Under the pieces are notes generated by a model. It did not search any database and was not told the DNA's origin. It saw only the letters and a list, made by a program, of their open reading frames with translations. A stretch of DNA of 64,000 bases from NCBI GenBank assembly GCA_010093815.1, contig ML996572.1, one strand, 5' to 3'. The first letter of the stretch is position 1; every line of letters starts with the position of its first letter. A program made the translations under genes and the position numbers. The stretch is from Pseudovirgaria hyperparasitica. Taxonomy: Eukaryota. Below, piece by piece: positions 51,501-62,959 of the stretch.

Positions 51501-51707
51501 GGAGGCGATGTTATGGTCGTATGAGGGAGTTGGTTGAGAGAAGTGGTGCAAGTCATGGTGAAGAGGCACGGAGAAGGCGGAGAAGTTGAGTAGGTCTGTA
51601 TTTGAGGGCGATTGAGAGGAGCGAATCATGGCATCCATGGTGTGGGAGGCAGAGGCGGCCATGACATATGAGTTGAGGTCCAGAGGGTCGTCAGTCGAAG
51701 GTTCCAT
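48585..51707 (-). CDS. Zn(II)2Cys6 transcription factor with fungal-specific TF middle domain
   Basis: ACIACRRKKIRCSGEKPACKHCLRSRIPC cluster; YPLLHKPSF, MAYALQLHRD, REIRRRTMWSCFLMDR. Single exon, 1040 aa, Kozak GCCACCATGG. Confidence 0.97.
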   Translation of the reverse strand: MEPSTDDPLDLNSYVMAASASHTMDAMIRSSQSPSNTDLLNFSAFSVPLHHDLHHFSQPTPSYDHNIASSAKSIPSPLPHRPSISNLSDSRSAISLRHQTTTSSPSDIQPASLDGRDQIQSPDRNYSASVAMRTEISDDSGLHAEGGDLDFLDQLSTRKDATGDDAPAWSEMKTKAGKERKRLPLACIACRRKKIRCSGEKPACKHCLRSRIPCVYKVTTRKAAPRTDYMAMLDKRLKRMEDRVIKLVPKENQATVAASGRSVVRPPIPTAPAKPAASKKRQAEEAFGNELDEWSKSRPTNPADLTGVKGQDADENLLLTDGAESLPSKELQEHLAEVYFDHVYGQSYPLLHKPSFMCRLSTGQVPPVLMLAVCAISARFSTHPSLRTEPAFLRGETYASKAREIALKRYDTPNITILIVYLLLGLHEFGTCQGGRSWMFGGMAQRMAYALQLHRDLDYDPRVGEHSKLSFTDREIRRRTMWSCFLMDRFNSSGTDRPLFVSEQFIVAQLPIKEHFFQMEIAGPTEALDVSPNEPSPSTEEAKDQSPKENMGAMAYMIRLVTIWGKVIKYINLGGKAKDPHPMWDDQSEFSNIKNQTERWMSDLPEALHYNEDNLQTHASERTANQFLYLHILYHQIILFMNRFALPNLTGLRATPEMPKSFVQGAAKKALDAANQISILINQSLDHNVTAPFAGYSAFFSSTVHVHGVFSKNPALEASSKKYLACNVKYLSKMKKVWGMFHFVAENLKDLYRQHADANLRGAKAAKDNAPTIFQYGDWFDRYPHGVSKTDYEDPITRDKSEPGTDAVLGQKSELQTVEEFFATLSPPTGTEAQQKMAKKAKASKGKNVIAQNRRVSAQQPKPSANTTQRTQMPLPSLATDFDASSAFYQQAPTSAPVQQNRQGSSFDASAATAYLINQQLQQQHQHQQSPLSTHTPIDLSNHFPQLDPMTQAAMQTYYNGDLAPFGGGYGGGTLEPGNGWFMPFNVDPPDLGDDGIFSTASGMGFGDFGNLPSGNMAADGGYMHDETRHGNHDDASMAG

Positions 51708-51767
51708 GGTGGCGGTAAAGCATGCTCCAGGCTAAAGTGAAGGGGTGCTGCTAAGGATAGCTCCCAT
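51691..51767 (-). promoter_or_regulatory. Two upstream ORFs in the leader of the Zn2Cys6 gene
   Basis: ATG 51767 to TAG 51732 (11 aa), and ATG 51723 to TGA 51691 (10 aa, out of frame, overlapping the main ATG at 51707). Confidence 0.55.
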
Positions 51768-51840
51768 GACGGGGCCCCGCGTTATTGTGTGTGCAAGTGG
51801 CAGTTTGTCAATGGCGTCGCATATGCTGAGTGGTATGTGG

Positions 51841-51896
51841 GTGTGCGTGTGAGTGTGTGCGTGTGAGTGTGTGCGTGTGAGTGTGTGCGTGTGAGT
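51841..51896. repeat. Minisatellite, about 4 x GTGTGTGCGTGTGA
   Basis: Direct reading of tandem 14-mers. Confidence 0.9.
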
Positions 51897-52839
51897 GGTT
51901 TGGACTTGAAGGGTAACACGAGGGAATGTCTGGCTGGTGGAGTGTCGCGAGGATGGGCGCAGAATAGGGAAGGAGAAGAGGATATGTTGTAGCAGGGCGA
52001 GACAGGTGTGGAAGGCAATTGATAGAGTGTGGAGGTTGAGAGTTGAGGGATGAGCTCAACGGAGTGAACGAGGCCGAACCAACTGAAAGAGGAGCGATGT
52101 CAGCTGAGAGAAGGAAGGTGGTGGTAGCCAATTGGTAAAGATGGATGAGCGGGGAAGGGTCCTCGAGCGGAGAGCGGTGGAGTGGAGTGGAGAGTGGTTG
52201 AGAGAATCGGGAAGCTGGAGTAGGAGCAGGAGTAGTAGCAGTAGCAGTAGTAATAGTAGCAGCAGCAGCAGTAGGAGTAACAAGCTAAGTAGTGGCGAGA
52301 GAAAGTAGTGACGAGGCCGTAGAGAAGTAGCAGGGGGTGGGAAAGAATGGAGAAGCAGGATGAGGACAAGGAGTGAGGATGAAGCTGGAGATGCAGATGA
52401 GGAAGAGAGAATAGAGAAAAGGTGGACTAATTACCTACTCTGGTTGGAGGCGGATGGATGAGTGCGAGCTAAGGTAGTCAGGTTAATAGGTAGAGAGAGC
52501 ATGTGGGTAGCGGAGCGAGGGCCGAGAACGAGGTCTATAGGTCTGGTATGGTAAGCAAGCAAATCATAGTTATTATTATTATTAGGGCACAGCTACCATA
52601 CACACACGCACACACATACAAGATACATGCATACAAAGTTAAAGATGGGATGCTAAGAGAAGAGATGTATGCAGCGAACGGACAGCTAAGGATAGCCAAG
52701 AATCACACGTGCAAGCATTGCGTGGCTGTGGGAGAGTGATGGTGGTTTGTAGGTATCGTAGAGTGGCTAGAGCGAGATTGATGAGGGAGATGAGATAGAG
52801 ATGCTTACAAGACCCTAAGACTAACCAGCAAGGAGGGCA

Positions 52840-52866
52840 TGGACATGGACATGGACATGGACATGG
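52840..52866. repeat. Short tandem repeat (GGACAT) x4
   Basis: ggacatggacatggacatggacat. Confidence 0.85.
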
Positions 52867-54887
52867 GCATACAGCAGAGAGTGAGTGATAGATGGCTTGA
52901 GCTTGTTGGAAGATGGGATATATATTATGATGAGGTATCTATTATTATTGCCTGATAGCGTTACTTGTCAGGGTATCAAGGTATGTAATTAATGTTGTCA
53001 GTAATAGGTAGTAGTGTAAGTAGATATCATTGCCTTTGTACCGCGCTGAACGGCCGCTACAGAGCCCGCTAATCAACTGCATCGTACTGTAATGATGGGT
53101 GCAGACCAGCCTGCAGACCAGCCTACAGAGCTGCCTCCATCCCTACGCGCCGGCTGCATCTGGGGTGCAGCAGTATTATGTACAGTACTAGCCAGCGCAA
53201 TGCATGATGCACCATTGCCATGGATGAGGATGATGAGGATGAGGATGAGGATGATACATACTTTGCTGCAACTTTCGTCTCACGCACGCCCTGCACTAAT
53301 CAATTACTCTCAACTGTTCTTCTACGTACTTACTTACACACACAGACAGGATACATAGATGGACTACAAAAGCACAAAGCAGGTAATCATTAGTCCAGCA
53401 TAGCCCCACACCGTGACACTCACGATATTATTAATAATGCACTGAACTGCGACTCGTCTTGCGCGCAGTGACACTCTTCGCCATCTCAAAACGCTTTGGT
53501 ACCGAGGCAAGCACTGCCACTCTTTGCACCGCTATTCTGCTCGCCAAACTCCTCCACCATTCTTCACGCCAAACGGTTCGATTCGCCATCTCGCCATCTC
53601 ACCATCGCCAACTATCCTCTTGTTGTCGTCGTCGTCGTCGTCGTTGTCACTCGTCTATCTTGGCTGTTTCGTGCGACTCCACTCTGCCGAGAACCGTGAC
53701 GAACTCGCGTCCGCACTCTTTTAAGTTTAAGCTCTCTTTCTCTCCACTATCCTTTATACCTGAAGAAATCCCACAATCTACCACCATCTGTTCGTCTCTT
53801 CACCATCTCACTCCTCTCACCTGCTTTACGCCAACGCGGGAATGCTACGGGTACCAGCGCGAACCTGTGGATAGCAGGCCTGACATTTGACACTACAGGA
53901 TTGTCAATCATCTTGCCATGTGGAGGCAGGCGTCAAGCCACAGCGGTCCGTCCGCTTGTCGCCAAGTCGCCATGCCGCCCAGACTGCCTGTCACTCTCCT
54001 CCCTACCCCCCAAAGGCTGAATGCTGGGGCGAAACAACACCTTGAAACACCACCATCATCGTATGCCATCGATAGATTGATCGAGCTCATCACGCTGATT
54101 CAGCGCACCGCTCGATGCGGTGCTCCCGTCTTGCCCATCCCTGCCTCGTCGTCGTCACCGATGAGACCAAATATCACAGCCGCCACGTTTCCACACCACC
54201 GCTCCGCTGCTCCCCACAAACGGACCGACGTGGGTCCTCTACTACAGCTAAGCACTGTCCACTTACTTCTATATACTAATATCTATGCATGTCGCGTCCA
54301 CTTGGCTGTACTGTACTGTAGTGTATCTCAGGGCACCCCAGATGGTGTGGACTCTATTTTCTGCTGCAAGAATCCTCCCATCACACTCTCTTCGTCTTCG
54401 TCTCGAGCAAAACCTCCGTTCTCTGGCAGCCCAACGACCCACATGGCTCCATTTTCTGCAGACTCACCATAATTAATACTGTCTACTCCATCAACCTTGT
54501 CCGAAAAGCTATTGCAGCATCGTGTTCTAAGCGAGGTCAGCCGGCCGTATCGCTGTTACGCTCGTGCAGCCAACTATGAGAAGACTAATATCACTAGTGG
54601 CACTTTCTTCCAACGTCGAGCGTAAGGTATAATTATGGTACCTAGGTACCAGAATACCTCGTCGTATTCCTCTGCCGTTTTGATGGTCCTGCACAACAAA
54701 CACACGTGCATTACCTTGACTCAAAGGAACACCCCGATACCCAATATTTCCAGGCCAGCTTCCATCTACACAATATTCCGGTCCAGAGCACGCAGCTCCA
54801 ATACCACACCAATACCAATATCAATAGTATCTATCCCAATCCGTCCATGACCCAAGTAAACCTTCTCATACGTCACGCGACCTTATA

Positions 54888-54912
54888 CCACACACACACA
54901 CACACACACACA
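54888..54912. repeat. (CA)n microsatellite
   Basis: About 12 CA units. Confidence 0.9.
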
Positions 54913-55410
54913 ATATATCACATCAACATAATTAACCTAGCAACACCACGCTCCCGTCCCATCACAACAACCCACATCCCACGTTCCCCCATCTTACCTC
55001 CCCCAGCATCCCCAGCATCCCACTATCCCAGCATCTCGCACAGCCAACCCTAAGCATCCCTCCAACCCGCACACACAACGAACCACGTCAGAAGTCGTTT
55101 GTTTCACAATGCATACATACATCATCCTGCACTCCCTCCCTCCCTCACTTGCATAACCTGCATTACCCTCCCCAATCCCGCCACCTCGTTTTGGTATTTC
55201 TTTCTTCGTCAATCACACGGAATATCCCGAGAAACACGCACAGAGAACTGGTCCACACCAATACCAATACCATATACTGGTCCTATCAAGGATAATACTA
55301 ACTTAGCAGTCTGCATCCACATAAAAACCACAGGTCTTTGGAAAATGTTTGTCCGATATCCGCGTATACACACATAGACACGCGTATAATTACACGTATA
55401 CACGTACACG

Positions 55411-55482
55411 CATACACGCATACACGCATACACGCATACACGCATACACGCATACACGCATACACGCATACACGCATACACG
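55411..55482. repeat. Perfect tandem repeat (CATACACG) x9
   Basis: Nine identical 8-mers, with degenerate copies on the left. Confidence 0.95.
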
Positions 55483-56016
55483 CACACACAGTAATTACAT
55501 ACTAAGCGTAGTCGTCCCGTCAGGTCATCAGGCTAGTATCCCAGTAGGCCCATCAATCATATCATACCACGCCTTCTATCCATCCATGCGTGCAGTGCTC
55601 CTGCCTTACTTACCTTACCCACCTCACCTCCTCCACCCTCAACCTATCCTCCTCCACCACTTTCCCCAGAACACTAATTATGAAAAGAGGGCAATGGGGG
55701 CGTGCGATTGTGAGTTGGAGTGGAGGGACGGTGTGCGTGGTGGTTGTATATATATATTTACATAGAGAGAGAGAGAGAGAGGTTTAGCGTACATCCCTTC
55801 AATCACATCAAACAAACCGTATTTTTGTTTCTGTATTGTAGTGGCGCAAAACACGTGATGTGGTGTGGCGTGAATTGCTGTCCGTTTTGTATGTCTTGTC
55901 TATATATATGGCATGGCATGGCTACAACTACTCTCCGCACCAACACCCGTGTGCACGTCCAGAAAACACACATCCATCTCTATACATCATCAGGCAAATC
56001 AAGCACGCACGCATCT

Positions 56017-59000
56017 CTATACATCCCGCACCCTTCCCGCGGCAGTGCTAGTAGCGGGCGCCGCTGCAGTCGACGTCGACGTCGTCCGCACCGGAATCTC
56101 CGCCTCGACAAGCTCGAAGCCACTCAGACTCGGGTAGCGCCTCGTGAAGTTCTCCTCCCATGCCTCTGCATCGGCAGCAGACATGTTCTCAGTCGGGTTA
56201 TTGCTGGTGACAGGATCTTGGATGCCGAGGCCGTGTTGAGGGGCTACTGCTCGTTTATTCGCTAGAGATGATGATGATGGTTTGACGGGGGAGGGAAAGG
56301 ATGATGGTCCGCCTGTAGTGGTGGTGGTGGTGTTGGTGCCGCCTGTCTGGAGTTTCTTGGGCTTGGGGGGCGCCGTGGGTCCGGTCCGTTGCGTGGCGGG
56401 TCCAGATGTGGAGGATGATGTCGAGATGATAGGCGGTGCCGAGGACGGCGGTGCTGGCGCGGCCATGTTCGACACCATGTTGCTCTTCTTGCCTGGTACA
56501 GTCGGCCTCTCGCCGTCCTTGCCTGTCTCGCTCTCGCGTGTGTACTTGCCATAGCCCTCCGCCGTCCTTTTGACGGGCTCTTCCTTGCGACTCTCGTCTA
56601 GCAGTGTGCGCACGCGCGACTGAATCGTACTCGCCCTTGCCAAGCCCTGCGTAACCTCGCCCTTGGCCACACGCGCCTGATACGCGCGAGCGGCTTCCTC
56701 GACACGTTTCTCTTCTGCGTCGAGGGCGCGACGCTCGAGTTCGCGCTTGACGTCGGGTGAGAGCTCTTGGGTTTCGTCAAGGAGATCGGACGCTGTGTCA
56801 TCGGTGGCGACGGAGCCGGCGATGGGATAAAGAGATCCAGTGCGTGTGGGTACGCTATGGGGATCATCAAGACGGTCCATCCTGTCGGTGTCGAAGGATG
56901 GGCTGGGTGTACGAAGGGGTTGATCGTGAGAGGAAGGCGCTTCGAAGCGACGGAACGCGTCGCCAAATTTCCCTGCTAGCATTGATTTGGTGTTGGACAG
57001 GGAGAGAGATGTCATGCTTGCGCGCTTGGAGTGGCCGAACGAGGACCGCTTGGAGCGCTTCGAAGGGTCTTTGTCTTCGATGGCGCGGAGGTAGTCGACG
57101 CTGGAGCGGATGTTCTTGTCTTCAGGTTCCGCATCCGCATCTGGTGTGACAGGACCGCGTGAGGAGTCGGTTGGACGATTCTCGCGGACGCGAAGGTAGT
57201 CGATGCTTGATTCAAAGTGGAGGCTGGTTGGACGTTGCCGGATTCCGGCAGTCGACTTGGAGCGGGCTACGGGGTCATTTATGTCAAGTGCGGACGGCCT
57301 TGAGCTCTCTAGAGATGGCCGAGATGAGGCAGGACTTTTTGGTATCTGTAGAGTAGAGCCCATCTGAGATTTGCTCCGCTGTGCGTCAGTCATCGAAGGT
57401 CGAGGCGGTAGAGCGTGCTCTGGATGCAGTGTCGGTGCAGTCCGCCCCGAGACTTCTTCGGGCCTTGGCTGACTAGCATTTCGACCATGTACATCTGTAG
57501 GCACTCGCCAGATAGGTCTCGCGTTGATCTCAGGTAATCTGGCTGGACGAACTTTGGGTGATGCTGGTGGAGATGCTCCTGTGCCTGTCGATACCATTCT
57601 CGCCCGTTGTGGTGACGTCTGCCGGCTGATGAGTGGAGGACGGAACTCTGGCCTCTCCGCGGGCACTGGTTTCTTGGTTGCAGGTGCAGCTACTGAGGAC
57701 GGCTGAGGCTTCAGTGGCGGCAGTTTCTCTTTTGGCGGGGGAGTAGGTTTTGCGAAAACTTCATCAGCCAGTGCTGCCGTAACACGTCGATTGAGACTCT
57801 CAGGTGGTGCCTCTTTGGGTGACGACGCCCCAGAGAATTGGAACTTCGTCCCTTTGTCATGCAGAATAGAGAACTCATCCAGAGAAGGAAATTTTGCTGC
57901 GAGTTCATCTGCCGCTGCCGATCGCTCTGACACTGATGTTGAGTCGAGCGCAGCGAAAGGATCACCTGCAACCCTGTTGGGCGCACTTGGTTTAGCTGCC
58001 GACAAGTTTTGATTGGGACCTGTTGGCCTGCCTCTTCTCATGGGTACCACGTCAGGTATAGCCTGCTTTTCTTGTACAGGGGCAGCCTTTTGTATTCCGA
58101 TGACTGGCGGAGACGACACTATCTCGGGGGAAGGGAGTTCTTGATAGCGCTGTCCCTCGGGCTGAGTCCGTTGTGCATATATCTGTGTCTCATGAGCATC
58201 GTTTCCGCGCTGCTTTGCCAGTCCTTACATCTTTTATGGGTATCGAGGTGTTGCGCATGGAGCAGATTTCAGCGACAACCTGGTATATGTTCGGGCGCGC
58301 TTTCGGGCTTTCTTTGAGCATAGAGCCTGTTTGACGTGTGAGCACCTAGTCCTCCTGGTATGTTGAGGTCTTTACCAATCAATCGCTTAATGCGGTCCGA
58401 AAAAGAAGGGTATTGTGGGTACTTGAAGCTCGCGTTAAGTATCGCCATTTGGCCTTGATCTTCAAACGGTGTAGTATAGTAGCAAAGCTTATAGAGCAAG
58501 ACTCCCAAGGCCCATATGTCACTCTTCTCATCAATTGGCTGCTTCCGATATACGTCAATCATTTCCGGACTGCGATACTGAAGTGTGGTGTGCCTCTGGA
58601 TGTCTTCCTCAATCAGTCTTCCTTCCTGTGCGGTTGTGGCAGCAGGTCTAGGGGGCGCAGTTGAGCCAAAGTCCGCGACCTTGTATAGTCTTGAGGAGCC
58701 AGATGTCGATATAAGGACATTCTCTACCTTCAAATCGCGGTGTAGAAGAGGCGGTTTGAGATAGTGCATTGAAGCCACTCCCTCCGAGACATCCGAGAAT
58801 ATCTTGAGGATTTCCGGCTCTGTCAATCGATGTTGTAATCTGGTATTCATGAAATCAATCAACCCACCGCCTTGACAGTACTCCATAAGCAGGAATACCT
58901 CGTAGCCACCTCCTTGAAGCTGCGAAGCGTGCGAATCCATATAAGTGACAATATGCTTATGCCCCTTCAGTTTCTTCATGGTCTCCACCTCTGTCCTCAT

Positions 59001-59249
59001 GTTTGCCAATGCGTCCTTATCAGGTACTGCCACTCTCTTGAGGACAGCGGTCTCGTACTTGTCCCCAGATCGGGGGATTCGCACAACGTAAACATGCGCG
59101 AAGCCACCCTCAGATAGGTATTTTTCTATGACGACCCGATGATTTCCCACCTGGACCTTCGTACCTGGTATGAAAGTGCCAGGAGGAGCATTGTTCGATG
59201 CGATAGGAACATGATAGGCAGCAGGACGGGAGCTGAAGGTGGAGGCCAT
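56017..59249 (-). CDS. ARK1: Ark1/Prk1 (NAK family) Ser/Thr kinase with long Pro/Ser-rich tail
   Basis: LSEGGFAHVY, VLKRV, PPLLHRDLKVEN, ADFGS, TTLQYRSPEM, DIWALGVLLYKLCYYTTPF; tail motifs KFPSLDEF and RRYPSL. Introns 58327-58375 and 58183-58228. Confidence 0.95.
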
Positions 59250-59800
59250 GGTGGGACAGAGGGCCCTCGGGGGTAAAGGGACGTAGCTAGCGGAGCTGCA
59301 TAGAGGATGCCCAGGCAGAGCGTGTCAAGTCCTTCTTTCGAGCTGTGTATGGGACTATGGATGCATTGGAAGCTTTTCGAGGACTTCTTGGTATCGGCCT
59401 CAAGTTGGAGTTTACGAATTCGCCTAATCAGAGCTTACCTGGTCTGGGTGGTGTGGCGCAGAAATCCCTCCGCAGTCTTGGCGGTCCGGGCACGAGAACA
59501 ACCACATGGCTTCACTCAGACACACATGACGCTTCAACATCAGGCTCTTGTCGCACATGCATCTACATTATCAGCTTGCAGACATCGCGGCCATACAGCC
59601 GCTCTCTCGCAGTGTAAAGGATGCCTCCTGTATGAGGATATTATCATCATCCTAAGTATCTATCTCACACCATGACTCTAATCGATTTTCGCATGTACCG
59701 AGAACTCTCGTATGCCAGCTCTCAGTGTGTCATGCGAGTATTAGCAGGATTCATGAGCAAGCCATCTGTCCCTGAAAGTGGCCAACACAATCGTCACTTA

Positions 59801-60256
59801 TCAGACTCCCCTACCGGCCGGACGGGTTTCGGTTGATGTCAAGTTGGAGACATCCATATTATCGCCAGTACCATAATTCAAGTCATGGCCCGAAAAGCAC
59901 AGAAAACTCAGGATTCTCCTATCCACATACTGGTGGATGCTCGCTTTCTCCTCTGCCGTGATCTGGGTAGATCCGCCACCGACTCTACAGCCCGTCTTGG
60001 TGTGAAATCTACAGGACGTTTTCCTGCCTACAACGATAGACCTGATTCGAAACTGCCAATTGTTCTGCAAAGTGGTGCAGTGTGAGTACCCATGGGTATT
60101 TGGGTAGACTGTCCAGGAAGCTCCGCCGAAGTTGGTATGCTCAAACCACATGACGCATCCTTCTGTGTGTAGGCATTTGTGCCGTTCTGAAATGGGTGAA
60201 GCGGTACTGAACTGCAGTATCGCGCTGACTGTCATGAGGTATAGGGGTTTCATCAT
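59801..60256 (-). CDS. Small secreted Cys-containing protein with beta/gamma-crystallin-like motif
   Basis: Signal-like MMKPLYLMTVSAILQFSTASP; WFEHTNFGG...C...RIRSIVV...CRFH...C...ILSFLC. Confidence 0.6.
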   Translation of the reverse strand: MMKPLYLMTVSAILQFSTASPISERHKCLHTEGCVMWFEHTNFGGASWTVYPNTHGYSHCTTLQNNWQFRIRSIVVGRKTSCRFHTKTGCRVGGGSTQITAEEKASIHQYVDRRILSFLCFSGHDLNYGTGDNMDVSNLTSTETRPAGRGV

Positions 60257-62959
60257 AGTCAGAAGAGCTTCGTCGTATTTTGGATCCTCGGTGTCAAATG
60301 GGATGTGGCGTGGATTTGGCAATGCTATGCCTAATATATCTGCAACGACAGTGACATCCTTGGCCTCGGAACCTTTGTTGTATGGTCCGCCGCTGTTGAC
60401 ATAAGATACTCCCTCGGAGTGCGATGATCCCTCGGATCACAACTGAGGACGTACCGTGTCACTGTTACACATATTCGCGGACCGATCACATGTGAACGCG
60501 TGTCTCAAATGTGCCGCATAAACGCAGCTTTATATTTACAAAGACAGCACGTCAGTCACTTGAAGGGATCTATATGGCTCAAAGGCGCGAAGAAGTTCTC
60601 CTCCTTGGGATGTATCGCTGCTCATACGAAGACTGCACAACCATTAAGTGTAACCAACTCCAAACCTTTACAGTATATATCAAGACTATCAAACTGTGAG
60701 ACTCGAATCATATACTTTTAGGAAGCAAGCGGTGAGAAACAGTCGCAAGTCATTGTCTCACTAAAGTTCACTTGCAAGGTTCTGTTGACAAAGGAAATGA
60801 AATGGAATCGTCCCCCGAGATATCTGCCTTCTGGTTACAGCAAACCTACCGACATCTTATAACCTTTACATGCCACACGTTGGAAGAATTCACATCTACC
60901 GTTCTGAAATTGGATTCTTAGTCTCACATTTCGTCCTGTCAATGAATCGAAAAGCACGGCGTCAATCATAAATCAATAAGCCGTGCTAACAGGAATCGTG
61001 CGTTCGACTCCACTTCTATCCTTAATGTTCACTTACCCTATCACTAGTGTATGTTCATTCACACGCCAGCGTTTCTGCTATATCGTGGCCCAAGCACAAT
61101 GCTACACAGTGGTTAGCTTGACGGTTGTAACGGTATGTACCGTGAGCATTCATGAACGGTTACATCGATGTGCTCGATACCAAGCTTATAGGCGTCCTGT
61201 CATATCGATACTTCACGCTATCGCTCGGGATACCTAAGACCTTGATATACTGGAAGTTCAAAAGATTTCTAGCGCGTGCATCACTTGCTAAAAACGCTCA
61301 TTGTCCAATTATCTAATATCTCAACTTTACTACCCGGCACGACTAGCTAGGACTTATCGTGACTTAGTAGTAACATCGTCAAGGGTGCTTGGAACTATTT
61401 CGAAGCTACTAATTAGACGTCACAAAATAGGACTGTCTTTTCACGAGGTGACCTGAAATTACACACAACTCCGTGTGCTCAGTCGGTACGCGGCGATCAA
61501 GGCAACAATCATTTGGATGTCCTCGACTTGGTGTGCGGCAAATTCTGCCGGTGGACATTTCTGAGTTGCCCAGTCGCTCTCTGGCATCTTTCAGCGATGC
61601 GCTTATTAAGGAAGTGAAGACGTGATCGCAATCACCAGAAGCATAATTTAGATACAACAGCCAGATCATGTGCTCTATCCAATACAAGCCCGGTTTCTTA
61701 CGTCTACTTGGCACTACAGAAGGTAAAGATTTGGATCACGTCAAAAATTGTCTTCTCAAATGACCTAATGTGGGCTTTTGTTGCATCGCGCCAGCGACCG
61801 CTCTACTAGTCCGTGTGAGCAAGAGATAATGGTTAGAATCTGGCACAGATAGCTTATTTAAAAAACTGGAGGACTCAATTCTAATGAAAGAATTTATGGC
61901 TCTTTGTACTTTCCGAAGCATCCGCTGTTTGTCCACGTCTTGATCAGGTGTATGATTAGCGATTTGAGATCAGATTCTATCTGCTCGGGGACGGCTCTAA
62001 TTATCTACCCTACTCTATCTCATCTTAACAGAAGTAATCTAACTAACCGGATTGAGATTTTCCCGTCTTGGCAATATTTTTGAGGTGTAAAAACTGTAAA
62101 TTGAGCTTGTATTCTCTATTAGAATTTTTGACCAGATTGAGCTTGTATGGATTCGAATTGTAATTATGTGCCAAAGTCTGATTTCTGGCGACAAGCTCAT
62201 TGATCAATCTATGATCAATGCTGGTTGAATGAAGACAATGGCTTCGATCTATGTTTAATCTGTTTTGAGTATAGCGATCATCTCTTAGGACATGACCCCT
62301 TTCTTACCGAGATGATATATGATCGAATGATTTTTATTCTTCAACGAAAACTCATATCAACATAGAACTCGATTTTGCCATTAAATGTGGCATTTGCCAC
62401 ATCCAAAACTACGATAGACCGTCAAGAGTTGCAGCACGTTCTCTTATGCCCATAGATCAAGGTAATGAACAATACATGTACAACAGTTCATCGCGTTAAG
62501 CGAGGCGAAAATGTAGTTTAATCAGCTGAGCCTGTACACGAACCCAAGATAGTGAGAAAACCATCATTGCGTAATATCGCTCCGCAAGTATGAGGAGCTG
62601 TAAGCCACTACCACGAGGTATTCGCCTATCACTCAGCCCTCACGTACATAGGTCGTGTCAATGAGCGCCACAATTCCCCACTACGCAGAGTATAACTGTC
62701 CACTACATCTCTACACGAAACAGTGCACACTGAAACATGGTTTGCCTTGTGTCAGTATCTGTTAGGATTCGGGGAATGCATTTAGCTCGTGAATGTTACC
62801 AGCATGTTGATCCTTGTAGCGCAGTGGCTGTACAGTCAGCGTCGCAGTGGCCAAATGGAAACATATGATCATACTTATTCAAAGCGAGACTTTAGTTGTT
62901 AGTGTCTGCTCTTCATCTTCTCACTTGTAGTAACTTGACACAACTGGAGGGCCATCGTC

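Noticed and set aside
55043..55056. Telomerase RNA template (CAACCCTAA)
   Set aside because: Imperfect match to the expected TAACCCTAA, and no supporting structure could be seen.
55411..55482. CRISPR-like array
   Set aside because: Direct tandem 8-mers with no spacers, in a eukaryotic genome.
51782..56265. Many 60-180 aa ORFs in the TF upstream region
   Set aside because: They are translations of microsatellites and low-complexity DNA (poly-L, HT and VCVYACMR repeats).
60400..62900. Gene or transposon relic in the AT-richer gap
   Set aside because: Only short motif-less ORFs and a 13-bp direct repeat (ATTGAGCTTGTAT); no TIR, LTR or domain evidence.
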